This document shows positions 13,431 through 26,500 of a stretch of DNA of 64,000 nt, in pieces. Position numbers and translations under genes: made by a program. Below the pieces are notes generated by a model. It was given only the letters and a program-made list of their open reading frames with translations, did no database searches and was not told where the DNA came from. Source of the stretch: Octopus sinensis (taxonomy: Eukaryota); assembly GCF_006345805.1 (NCBI RefSeq), contig NC_043022.1, positions 11,222,001-11,286,000 on the forward strand. The letters are read 5' to 3'. Each line of letters opens with the position of its first letter. Within the stretch, counting starts at the first letter, position 1.

Positions 13431-15332
13431 ACAATATTGCAGGTGACAAGACAAAATACAATTCACATACAATGTATAAATTTAATTAAAATGTAATCAA
13501 TTGCTTTGTGTAAAACAACCCCAACATTTTTCTCCAAAAAAGGGAAACTGATGAATTAACTGAATGAATAAACATTCAAAACTATTTTCTTTAAGAGGAT
13601 GGATATTGTAGAGTATTGTGAATCATTCTGTTTTCTGTATAACATAAAAAAAAAGACCAATGCTACTGTTATTTAGCTAATATTTTATAAGCAGTCTATG
13701 ATTTCACTATATAAAATCTTCAACCCAAAGCATATAGGGCTTATTTATTTTACCTATTTTTAAACATTAACAAAAGTATACATATTATCTTCCCAAAAAT
13801 CTTCGGAACGTACCTTCTAGAATGATAATACTATTTTGTTGTACATGGTGGGAGAAGACAGAAGAACTATTTCATTTTATTATATGTTTGTATGTCTCAC
13901 TGCCTAATATGTATGAAAATTTTTGTCATATCTGTATTTCATAATAAAGAAAAATGAAGTAAATAAACAAATACTGACTCAATTTTCCTCACTTAAGTTT
14001 GTCCTAAGCTGAATCTTCGCTTAATTTTAATTAACTTCACCTGTGTTTCTCCTGAAGAGGTAAAACTATACTCAGTCTATGTATGATATTTTAGAAGTTT
14101 AATCAGTGTTAGCATTCTAATATCCAGGATATTTAAGTTATAATCACAAACACATACTACTAGCTCCTGTCTAGCCAATTGGTACTCCCCCCTCCCCCAC
14201 TCTCTTCTAAAGTCAGTAGACACTTCCTATATCAGTAATAGGAAAGAAGAGGTGTATGGTTACAAATTTTGTTGTTATCTACTTCCCAAGACAACAGCAA
14301 TTTACTACTCACTTCTGTTTAGTTGTATTTACATCTGATGATTTCTTCTCTCACTGTTTAGGTTGAAATCCTCCTATTCCTCAATTACTTACATATCTAA
14401 GAATATGTACACGATGTAAATGTGTATTTGTGTGTATGTGAACACTTTATAGTTAAAAGTATCATTGTGTGTGTGTGTAATACTTGTGATGGAGGAGGGG
14501 AGCTGTTCAAAGTAATACTAAATGTACTGCTAATATATACATATGCAGACATACCAAATTTATATATATACACACACACACTGATGTATGATTAGATATC
14601 AGTGTGTATGTGTAAAGTTTTCATCCAGACTGAGATGCTTATATACACCTACCACATATGCTACTGACAGATGTATATAAATATATAATATAAACATATA
14701 CACAGTGTATATAAACACATATCAAGTGCTATTTATACTATCCACATACCACATACATGAGTAGAAACATCATTGTGAGATCTAAGAAAACCTATACATT
14801 TATATGTATATACATTTGTATGAGTGTGTGTATATACACACACATATGTCTACATGCATATATAAATATCTTAGGTATTTATATGTGTGGGCACAAAGAA
14901 ACTATATATATATATATATATATATGCCACAAAAGCAAAGGACTGTTGTGATGATTCATGAAAAAGAGGATTTTTGTTATTTAAGCAGCCTAATTTAGTT
15001 CCAGGCATGGATTCAGTAACTTAGTGTCTAGGGTGTGGAATTTATAACATAAAACTAAAGAACTCTGACATTATGGGCAATAAAAGGATTCTTTCTCTAT
15101 ATGAAGTGTAGGTTATATGATGCTGTTAGGGAAGAATGATGCCATATATCTGTAAAAATAGGAACATATTGAATGACAGAAGTAGCTGGAAAGGAATGCA
15201 CTAAATAGGATGAGTTGGATATTACATTATGACTGCAAGAATTACTGTGGCCTCTATGAAGAATTATATATTTTGGTTGCTGGTCAAGTACTGAGATCTA
15301 TTTAACGAGTGATATTGGTAGACATTTCAGAA

Positions 15333-15791
15333 CAGTACTTTTCAACCAGGGTCCATATGTCCCTTGGTGGTCCACTTAAGATTTTGTTGTTAACCCCTTG
15401 CATACGGATTTAGTAGACAGTCTGTGCCATGTACTGGTATTAGACCATTCAGTAACTACATAATTTTTCATACAAGGAATTTTACGGTGTATTTATAGAT
15501 TCTTCACAGTGTGGTATATTTGAAAACACAATACTGCACAGAGCAAGACATGCACACCATGTTTCGATGCAGTCAATACCACTTCCCATCTGCACAGAGT
15601 TAAAATTCAGGTCCAATAAACTGGTTATACTTCGACAACTTACAAAATATTTTTAACAATCTTAATACAATCCCTAATGATATTTAAATAGAAAAATAGG
15701 ATTTTTTAAACATTGAATGGCTATGAGTGTCCATCTGAGTAAAATAGGAATCAAAGGGGGTCCATAGGCAAAAAATGGTTGAGAACCACTG
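15333..15791. mobile_element. hAT (Charlie-type) non-autonomous element / MITE
   Basis: TIRs cagtacttttcaacc and ggttgagaaccactg (reverse complement cagtggttctcaacc), with subterminal ggtccat motifs at both ends. The 8-bp flanks tttcagaa and ttttagag match at 6/8 and fit an NTCTAGAN-like hAT target. No ORF. Confidence 0.8.
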
Positions 15792-16377
15792 TTTTAGAGC
15801 ATCAAATGTGTTGTGGTATTTAGCAACATCTCTTTACATTCTGAATTGAAATCTGATAACTGTCCATTTTATCTTTCATCATTCCACGAGTCAGTAAAAT
15901 AGGGTAGTAGTAGAGGTTGTGGTTATTTTGAAGCAAGACAGTACATGTGAGAATCCTGAATGAATCTTTTTAGTTTAACTTGCACATTAAGGGTAGATCT
16001 GCGTAAAATCCATAGTGCCCACTGCATTCGTATGAGGAGCAGCAATATTAGTTTTTTATCTTTGAAAGACATGATGAAACAATGTTGTAGGAATGTTACA
16101 ATCAAAGGATCTCTATACCCTTTATACGTCATACAGATCTGATTTTTCAAACAATTGTCATATGTCCATCTTTCAAAAATAACCTCATTTACAATTACAA
16201 TCACTTGACCAATTCAGTAAATTTTCTTTTTATTTTTTCATTTTTACTAATTTAGAAAATTGGACATTTATTTGGAATATAGAAAGACCATGAAAGAAGT
16301 TACTACTGACAGATACAAAATTTGAAAAATTTATTGAGCCTAAATTTTATGTTTGAGAGTTTGTCATTGTCATAATT

Positions 16378-16720
16378 TTTCATCCACTTTTCTATGCTTG
16401 CATGGATTGGATGGGTTTCTTCTACCACAACTTAATCATTTGTTGCATTCCTTTGTGAAGTTTAGAACCCTTGCTCAGTTGTCACCATTTCTACCTATGT
16501 CATCCTTGGTGTATAACTTCCTCTTCCACAACTTGGATCTCCTTACATTTCTTTATCCATCATTAACATCTGTACATATTACACCTTACTCCTCTTAAGT
16601 TCAGTTTAATGTTCATTTCATCTGTACATTATTGCTTTTGCATTACATACCTTATTTCTCACATCTTCTGCACTTAGTGCCAAAAATTAACTAATTTACA
16701 TGTGAAATTAATTACTGAAG
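16378..16720 (-). mobile_element. Short decayed RTE C-terminus and tail
   Basis: Reverse tail motif catccactttctatgcttgcatgg next to a degenerate RT C-terminal reading (LRGVRCN..., KKCKEI). Confidence 0.5.
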
Positions 16721-16947
16721 TGGCCGGTGATCTAAAAGATACAACTTAGCAAGACTACCTAGCTTAATAATTTTGATCAGTGACACTACTTATAGTTCTT
16801 CAGGTATTTCATTATACAAATATATATCCCCACACATTTTTTTCTTTTCATTTTTAAAAATTTTCTTTCCTCTCAGTTCTTTGTTGAAGAGCAAAGACTT
16901 TTCCAGTCTTCTTGAGTGTTAAACTCATACATCTGCTTGTTGTTCTC

Positions 16948-16989
<42 letters not shown>

Positions 16990-17329
16990 ATTCAGATGAA
17001 TTAGGTATATATAGATTCAGATGAATTAGATACTCAAGTTGAGGCACTAGAATTTAGTACGGTATTATCCATAGGGTTTCAAAATAAGGTGATTAATTCT
17101 TTCACCACAACTTTATGGATATGACAGGAAAAGAAAGACATAGAGATATGTAGTACATCAATCAGTACACTCAACTCACTTTTAGAGGGGAAAATATATA
17201 TACATATAAATAACTTTCTCTTTTATATAAATAGGAGAGGGTACCTAAAAGTAACCAGATATGTGGCATATATATATATATATATATATAGTTTCTTTGT
17301 GCCCACACATATATATATACACACACACA

Positions 17330-17367
<38 letters not shown>

Positions 17368-17419
17368 CACATATGCATATATATATACACACACATATGC
17401 ATATATATATATATATAAA

Positions 17420-17715
17420 GGTGCAGGTGTGGCAAGAAACTTGCTTCCCAACCAAAGCCTTATGGGTGGATTTGGTAGACAAAAACTGAAAAAAGCCTGT
17501 CGTATTTTTATATGTATATATCTATGCCTGTATGTCTTTGTGTTTTTCCCCCACCACCTGTGCTGGTGTGTGTGTCACTACGAGACTGATAGAATAAGTA
17601 CTTGTCTACAAAAAGACGTAAGTCCTGGGGTTGATGTGTTTGACTAAAAAACCATTAAGGGTGGCACCCCAGCATGCCACAGTCAAATGACAAACAAGTG
17701 AAAGATAAAAGTTAA
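17420..17715 (+). mobile_element. Octopus-type SINE copy with an internal deletion
   Basis: gcaggtgtggcaagaaacttgcttcccaacc...ggatttggtagacaaaaactgaa...ctggggttgatgtgtttgactaaa...cagtcaaatgac. Confidence 0.78.
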
Positions 17716-20700
17716 AAGATATCCACACACACATATACATATCTATATATTTGTGTGTATACTCATATGTATTTTTGTTACCTTGTTTTGCATTGCATGC
17801 TTATTCTAAACAAATATCATCAAGCAAGCAGTGTTGTTCCTTTGCAATCTTCCATGCAAGCATATCTGACCATTGTGCTGTTTATGTTCAAAATGCCAGG
17901 GGAAATACTACTTTACTTAAAAACAGGAAGAGCATCCCATCATTTCCCCCAAATAGGTAAAATAAACAACAAAGACGATTTCTTTCTCTTGATTATAACC
18001 AAAGCAGTTGTATTGTTGAGAATCCTTCTACTTCAGCAGCAAGTATCTCAGGGTCATGAGTGTGTCTTGCCACATTGCTTGAGGTGAGCAGCAAAGACCA
18101 AATTAGCTTTTGCCCGCAAAAGAGTTCCATCTGTGGTCTCTAGTCAATCACAAGAACTTTGAACTGATCTCAGCTGTCATGGCTATCTCCCAAGTTGTTT
18201 TCTTCAGTGTCTATTCAAGATCAATCTATATATTTATACAAGTGTATATAGAACAATGCTATAAAATATATATTACAATGTTTTATACACATACAAACAC
18301 ATAACATAGAGGAGAGGGGTGTTTATATGCATAACCATCCCCACTAAACACACATGTATATGGCAACAATGAAAAATCAGATTTTACAGCATCATTAAGA
18401 GATTTGTGTTACTGGTTTTTCTTATATTTGTGATATAATTCATATGTGATTTCTGTTAGTTTCTGAGATAGAAACATAAATATTTTTTGTAGAAAAAAAG
18501 TTATAAAAAATTACTTCTCAAATGTTTATCAACCCACACAAGATCATGAATACACTTCTACATTTCACCATCATTATTATGAGGTTTATTCTGCTAAGTT
18601 GACATTAGCATCATGCATCTGTCTAATCACAGTTGGAACCACCCTAAGCAGACAGTTTTTACAGCTGGAATGCCAGCCATGAATGCATAATGTGTGAATA
18701 GAATTATATTTTAACTCTCAGTGAATGTATACAGTGTAAGATTTCATATAAGCATAAAGGCTTATTGACTTTATAATCAGTTTAAACTATTACAAACATT
18801 ACTATAAATCCATTGTAAATTGAGATATGACAATTTCACATGTGAAGTACTGGCTTTCTAAGACATTAATTAAAACTATCATTGTTTAGAATATCAGTAA
18901 TTGACGAAGTCCATTTCATTCCAAATTAAACCCATGCAAGGATTTGAAATGACCACAAACTAACAAAACACATCAATTTTACAGTGCTTACATTGTTTGC
19001 AATGCTAAATCCTCCAGAATTCTCTTTAAAACTAAGTGAACTGAACCAATGAGAGTTATGTTCCCTAATATGTTGCTCATGATGGAATACATGGCATCAT
19101 AGTGTTGGCAAGCTTACCTATGTCCTATCAACTAACCCAATTGAGAATCATATTCAAATCTTATGTGAAGAATTATATAAAAATCACAAAATGAAAAATA
19201 CTTCCACAAAGTTAAGGAAGCATAAGGTTCAGTGTTTAACTGAATTTTTATTTTCCTTTGCAGTATTAATCAGATGTGTTGCAAATTTCCCCATTGATAA
19301 GATACTTTAGGTTATTTTCCCCAACAAAAATGCCAGGTACCTATTCCTTACACCTGAAATCCAAAACTAATTTCAGTTCCATACCTTTATACCTAGCCAT
19401 TTTCAAAAACAAAACTAAATATATAAACTTTCTAGTGACATCATTTGAATGCCTTAATGTCACATGCTATACAAAATAGGTTCTTCAAATGACTAACCTT
19501 AAAATTATATGAAATAAAGTCACAGAATGAAAGCTTATTTTATATAACATTCCATAGATAAGTGTTGGTGGTTATAGGTTTCCAATGGGCTAACCACTGG
19601 GTTACAGAATTTACAATAGCAAAAATAATGAGAAAATTTCTGTGCTTGTTGAGCAGAGCAAATTTCACACACAACGTTTGTTCAAAAGCACCAATTTATC
19701 ATGAATATTATACATTATCAAAAGGTTCACACAACTAGCTTCAGCTGTTTCTGTTTACCAAATTCTTCACAAGGTATTGGATAACCCAAGATTATGGTAG
19801 AAAACACTTACCCAAGGTACTGTACAATAGCAAAAACAAACTGGAGTAATACATCTTTGCCTTACTTCTGCTATTGCCTTTTTTATATTTAAGATATGAA
19901 CTTATATTGTGGGAAAACAAATAGATATTTTTCTTTCTTCCTTTTATCATTTTAATTGTGAGCATGACTGCCTATAAGATAACTTGCAGTATATTTTTCT
20001 CACAAGAATATATCAGTTCATTATTTCTTTTACAAAATAACAAATATGATTTTTGATCTTAAACAAGAAAATCAATAACTGCAATAATACTTTCAATACA
20101 TCAGATGGTCTTGGAGTGAAACATTGAGATTCTAGTGGATTAAATTAAGTTGAAATATTTCTCCCTTATTAAGAACAGTAAAATAAATAAACACCTATTT
20201 TAATTGCAAAAGTACCTTTAACCCTTTCTATACTAACCTACCAGTAGCTACTTATTGATTTTAAACGAAATATTTTGTATTTAAATTAAAACTTTTTGTT
20301 ACAATTTTGTCAAACTTTTTCTTTTCTAAAATTATGTTCTAAAATCCAACTTAGTAATGGAAAAGTTATTTTTTAAAAAATGCTACAGATTCTCAATAAT
20401 TTTCTAAATTTATTATTAAACATTGTGTTAGAAGTATAGTCATAAAGGGTTAAAGACCAATGCTAGTCTTCAGCTTCATATATTTAAATGGCTCAGTAAT
20501 TATCTCTCTGGGTAAGATCAAAACTTTTGGTAAGATGCTAATCTATCTCATAACATTCCTAGATGATTTGGCACTTATTCTCAATTGCCAAGTGAACAGA
20601 AGTACTTTGAATTTAACTGTACTGCAAATATACACAAGATACCTGTCATTAATTCAATATCCTATAATCTAGAGGAAGGAGTTGTACCAATGACTTTCAT

Positions 20701-20829
20701 AAACTCTCAGAGACCAGTAAGGTCAATGTGGTTGATGTTTCTATTGAACAGTTATAAGTTGATGGTTGCAGGAAAAATGTGCAGAGAGGTAGCTATAGAG
20801 AGCCAACTTTCTGGAGAGGAAGTGCTCTT

Positions 20830-21100
20830 TGTTCAGGCCTGAGCTAAAGAAAACATAAAATGGATAACAAAAGAAAGAGAAGCAAATGAGCTAGCAGCAC
20901 TTGAGTAGAAGTGGCATGAAATCAGCCAGTTCTGAGAATAGGCCACTATAATAGTGGTAAAAAAGGCTACAAGAGAACATGCAGCACAATGATAAACCAA
21001 ATGGTTGGATGGTAGTGACTTACTACCAATCAGTCTAGTGGCCATTTCTTGGATACAATCTAGGATATCAGTGCGCATAACAACAGTACTGTCTTATATA
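20830..21100 (-). mobile_element. CR1/L2-like LINE ORF2 C-terminal remnant
   Basis: Minus-strand DILDCIQEMATRLIG...SNHLVYHCAACSLVAFF...YSQNWL resembles the LLDRVQ..A.RLI...L.HRR.V.SL..FY motif at the end of CR1/L2-group ORF2. Confidence 0.55.
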
Positions 21101-22619
21101 TAATATCAGAGTAGAATTCAATTGTTGCTTTCATCTTAGGTTTTCTAGAATTACAGAGTTACACTTTTATACACACACAACAGTTATTCTCGACTGCATT
21201 CACAAAAAGGAAGTTACTATCAACCACCCTCTGGTCCACAGACATGTCCTCTCTAACATTACTAGAGTCTCACCCTAGTTAGGTTGTCTGATTAAACCCA
21301 CAACAAGTTGTACAGTAAAATAAAATATATAAAGGGAAAAAATAGGTAATATATTTCATGTGTATACTTAAACATGCATGCATGCACACATACATACACA
21401 CAATTTGAAAAATATGTATGTGCTTTTGTATGATTATAGTCAGAAATGCAAAGACTGTTTGAGACAATTCACACCTCATACTTGCAATATCTTCATATCC
21501 AGACAGAAAACTGTCTTTTTACCCTATACACTTCAGTTGTAATTAGAAAAAACTTCAAAGGAAATTAACGTGACTCATTTGCTAGAAATGTAGCAAAAGC
21601 TAATCCAAAAACTCAGTATTCAGTGACAGTGATTGAGTGAAATTTCAAGTGACAAGATCGAGTCTTTTGATTTGATGACCTATACATTTATCTGTGAAGT
21701 TATTCTAACTGTGCTAATGAGATACATTTCTCATTACATTGCAAAAGATTGTGTCCTTGCTGTGCACATTCATTTCACTAGGTCTTAGATGCAGTAATCA
21801 TTACTTCTGAAAGAAATGTTATTCATTCTTTTTAAGACAACATTAAGAAATAGTCTCAGTGTTTAACAGGCTAGATTCTTACTACCATTATCTCTGAATC
21901 TTCAAATAAAGTGTTTTTTAAATTATATGTTGGATGTGGATATTCATTTTCCCTGATTTTTTAAATGCTTTTATTTTTATATATTTTATAGAACTCTGTA
22001 ACAAACCTTTTCAACAGTCTGTAATTTGAGAATGTACTGTAATATTTCATCAAGATCTTGTTAAAATAACTGATCATCTGGTGAGAATGTTGGTGCACTG
22101 TTCTATTTTTAAATTCTTATAGATATATATTTCAGTTGGTTAGGATGTCACTTTACATGCAACATATATAGATACTGCTCCCACCAAGAGAAAAATAAAA
22201 CAAAAAAAAACAACTTTACCCAATCAACTTACAAGATATTCTGTGACCTGAAAGAGCTTAGAAAATATCATTTTAACATGCACTTTTTCATGCTCACATG
22301 GATTGGTTGAAATTTGTTGATGCAGATTTCTGTAGTCAGATGTCACTGACACCTCACCTGCTTCCAAGTAAGGTAATATCTCCCCATGGTCAGACATGTT
22401 CTCATGGAAGATTAGAAACATCATGGTGATTCTTGTTTATGTCTATCTCATGAGGTCAACACAAGGAAACACTAACACACACCCTTAGACGTATATGATA
22501 GGCTTCTTCCAGTTTCTGTCTACCAAATACACTCAGCTGAAGGTGCCATGTGATGGAATTGAACCCAAAACCTTATGGTTGGGAAGCAAACTTTAACTGT
22601 ACAGCTATGCCTCATCATC

Positions 22620-23585
22620 ATCAATATTATTTAGTGTCCATTGTCCATGCCGGCATGGATGGATAGTTTGACCAGAGTTGTTAAGCTGAGGGACTGCACC
22701 AGATTCCAGTCTGATTTGGCATGGTTTCTATGGCTGGATGCCCTACCTAACAGCAACCATTCTTAGAGTGTAATGGGTGTTTTTATATGTCACTGGTATG
22801 AATACCAGTTATGCGACACCAGTATCTGCCATGACTACAATTTCATTTGGCTTGATGGGTCTTCTACTCAAGCACAGTATATTGCCAAAGGTCTTGGTCG
22901 TTTGTTGTTGCCTCTGTGAGGCCAACACTTGAAAGGTGCTTTGTATGTGCCACCAGTAAGGATGCTAGTTATGTGACATCGGCATCGGCCATGACTATGA
23001 TTTCACTTGACTTGATGGGTCTTCTCAAGCACGGCATATCACCAAAGGTCTTGATCGCTAGTCATTTCCTCTGTGAAGCCCAATGTTCAAAGATCATGCT
23101 TCACCATGTCCCATGCCTTCCTGGTTCAACCTCTTCCACAGGTTTCCCTCCACAGAAATCAGCACTTCTTTACACAGCTGTCCTCATCCATATGTATCAC
23201 ATGACCATACTGGCACAGTCATTTCTCTTGCACACCACATCTGATGCTCCTTATGCCCAACTTTTCTCTCAAGGTGCTTACATTCTGTTATACATGCACA
23301 CTGACATTGCACATCCACTGAAGCAGGCTAGCTTCATTTCTTACAAGCCTATGCATGTCCATGGCAGTCACAGCCCATGTTTCACATCATGTAGCATAGT
23401 TGTTTGCACTCAGGCATCATACAGTCTGCCTTTCACTCTGAGGGAGTGGACCTTTGTTGCCAACAGAGGTAGGAGCTCTCTGAACTTTGCCCAGCCTATT
23501 CTTATTCTCACAGATACACTCTTGGAGAATCCACCTCTGCTACTGACTTAGCCACTTAGATAACGGAAGCTATCAACTACCTCTA
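22620..23585 (-). mobile_element. Older RTE LINE 3' fragment related to the 57-59 kb copy
   Basis: The minus strand reads VVDSFRYLS...RIRIGWAKFRELLPLLATK..SLRVKGRLYDA with stops, followed by the same 3' UTR and tail motifs. The 211-aa plus-strand ORF 22916-23551 is its antisense shadow. Confidence 0.85.
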
Positions 23586-26500
23586 GCAAGCCTTAATTCC
23601 AATTTTAATTGTGAAATATTGTAATATTATAAACATTACTGTCCTAATGATGAAAGCTAGTTCAATGATCCTGGAGAAAGACCTACCCACCATGGCTTTC
23701 CTAATTTCCATTACCATAATGCTAATACAAAAATTATAAGTACAGAACAAAATGAAACAAAATATATACATTCGGATGTTTTATTTAGCATTACTGTTCA
23801 GCACTTCAGTACTCATAATGTCAGCTTCACTTCTCATCACACTTTGGTGATGAAATCCCTGCCATATCTTATTCTTCACTATTTTCTCTCTCACTAATTT
23901 CAATCTATCTATGAAGTACCAAAAGAAAACACTCAGTGCAGGTTACTGCCTAAAATATTTAACTTTTCCCCTTCCTCACAGCAAATTAATTTATTCTACT
24001 TTTGAGCTGTTTATTATCACTAATTGATGATGCAGACCAGGACTTTTTTTTTGCACTTTATAAGAAATACTACCTCTAAAAAATAACTTATTGCATTCAC
24101 AAAAGAAATTTTGGAGAAAAGAGGAATGGAAAAATAAAGTTTCTTTTATATTTTTTTTTTCGGTGATATAGATAAAGTAGTTCCAACCAGAATGTAAGAT
24201 TAGAGAAGTTGGCACACAAGTTAGTATAAAGAATTCATATTTAACCAGTGTTTAGTTTGTACTGAGTTCAACTAAAATTGAGGAAGACTTCTCTTTTCAT
24301 ATTTACTTACCTCATTCTGATAAAATAGGCACAAGTTACTGTTGTGTAAGCTCCAGTTTAGTTTCAATAAGCAGACAATTAAAGGCATTGCAACCATGAC
24401 TATGTTTTTTTTTCAAATATGCTTTTAAGATGGTAAAGATGTCATCTGAGGGAGATTTGTCTGCTGTTTCTAAGAATTCAAGAAATCACAGAGGCTCTCA
24501 TTGGCTCTGTTCTTTAAGAGTGTAAAATATTGTTTTTACTATTGATAATTGAGAAAAAAATGGTGAGGTGACAGCTGAACAGTAGAAATAGAGCATCAGG
24601 CAGAGAATTATGCACCTTTATGTTCTGAATTCAGTGTCCCTGAAAAATTGAAACTTTAAAAAGATTACCATATAAAACAAAATGGCCAAGTGCAAAAGGC
24701 ATTATTGTGATATTTGGTTGAGCTTCAGCTCAGTTATCCTAACTATAGAAAATAGGTTTATAAAAGAAGCAATCATGTATTAGGTCAAATTGTCTACTCC
24801 CTTTCAATTTGTGGTAATGTACCAAAGTCAGAAATCATTATCACCAAGATGAGTTCTAGATTTTTGATTCTAGAATGGAACAACTGCACCACTAATGTAT
24901 AGCAATATATCTAGTTTCAGAGAAAAAAATGGTTGGCTGAAATTTGTAATTAACTAATGAGAATGTCTAAGTAGTCTCCATATGGATGAGGACAGCTGTG
25001 TAAAGAAGTGCCGATTTCTAACTGTGGAGGGAACCTAGGGAAGAAGTAGACCTAGGAAGGCATGGGACAAGGTGTGAGTTGAACCCAGAACATATAGAGA
25101 CATAACTAAATAATACCATAAAATATTTTATCCATTTTGCTAATGATTCTGCTAATCTTATTAGATTCAATTAATAAGTTAAGAGTGTTTGAAAATATAT
25201 AGTTTGCTTACATTTAATGTAGACATACATATTATATAGAATATTAGAAATTTTTAGTTATTTAAAAGTAATACTCAAAGAATATTGGATGGCTGGAGTT
25301 TTGATTTTTGAGTTGTTGCATTTTATGTTTTTACATATTTAAAGAGAATCATGTGAAAGAATTTTGTAACAATTCAAACAGAAATACTAAAATAATAAGG
25401 TCTTGAATTGGCTGATTCATCAGAGCACTTGATGCATTGCCTGGTAGTATTTGTTCTGCCTCTTTACATTCCAAAATCAAATACTGTTCCTAACTTTTCC
25501 TTTCATTTTGTGTGTGTGTGTGGTAAGGGTAGGGTGTCAATAAATAAGGTTAAGTACTGTACAGGAATTGATTCTTCACTTTCTCCTTTCCTGTCTAATG
25601 TCTTTCTGGGAGAAATCAGACATGGACAAACATGGAGATAAATGGATGGTTCTGCCAGATTGAAATCTTTCACAACAGCATCCTTACAACTAAACTGGAA
25701 TATGAGTATACCAGTGCAGGCAAACTAAAATATGTGTAATTTACTGATGTTAATTCAAACCAGTTTAATCTTTTTCCTAAAAGTCTGCAATTTGTACTAA
25801 TGATAAAAGTAATTATATGTTATTGAAATAAGTTAGAATATAATTAAAATATTTTTTTTCGCCCTTTTGATTCCAACATGCCTGTGATTGCTTCTTGTTA
25901 TATGATTAAAAAAAAACTTACATTTTAAAATGTTCATTCTTCCTACCAGCTTAATTGTTTCTAGCATCTTGAAAAATAGTTATTTCATTAAATTCCACCA
26001 AATTTTGATTATTTTAAAAATTAACTGGAACACATTGGCAGGGTTTTTCATTTGAAATGTGGCCCCAAAAGGTTAAATTATCAGAGAAAATTATAAAATA
26101 GAAGAGAAGTAATACGGATAAAGTAGGTAATTACTATCATCTCGTGTCATGAGAATTCTTTAAATACCATACTGGGACTGTAGTTGTCAAATTTCCTCTA
26201 ATAGACAAGCATTCATTAAATACTACAAAATCCAGAGTTAAGCAACAGCTTTGAGATTATGAAATTTCTAGAGCATTTTAACTGTGGTAAATTTCACAAT
26301 TTAAATATTAACAATTTTATGTAAAATATAAATGTAATTATTTCAATTGTTTTTATATGAACTCTACACTCAGGCTGGTAATGAAGAAAAAAAAATTTGG
26401 CAGGTGCTTAGCCTAAACTAGTGACACGCAGTGTAAGTCAAGGACTTACCAAATGTTTTTTAGAACCAACTGACTTGGCATATCAGCACAACAGCAGACC

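Larger units (their letters stand above)
14880..17313. repeat. Pair of exact 52-bp inverted repeats (14880-14931 and 17262-17313)
   Basis: tatatgtgtgggcacaaagaaac, then a 23-nt TA run, then gccaca, and its exact reverse complement with the same TA-run length. Confidence 0.92.

Noticed and set aside
13994-14052. Minus-strand exon-like segment (GETQVKLIKIKRRFSLGQT*)
   Set aside because: The best frame ends in TAA directly before the donor and the other frames are closed.
15923-16204. 93-aa minus-strand ORF
   Set aside because: No recognisable motif or convincing splice boundaries, and the length is not clearly beyond chance.
22916-23551. 211-aa plus-strand ORF
   Set aside because: Antisense shadow of the minus-strand RTE fragment.
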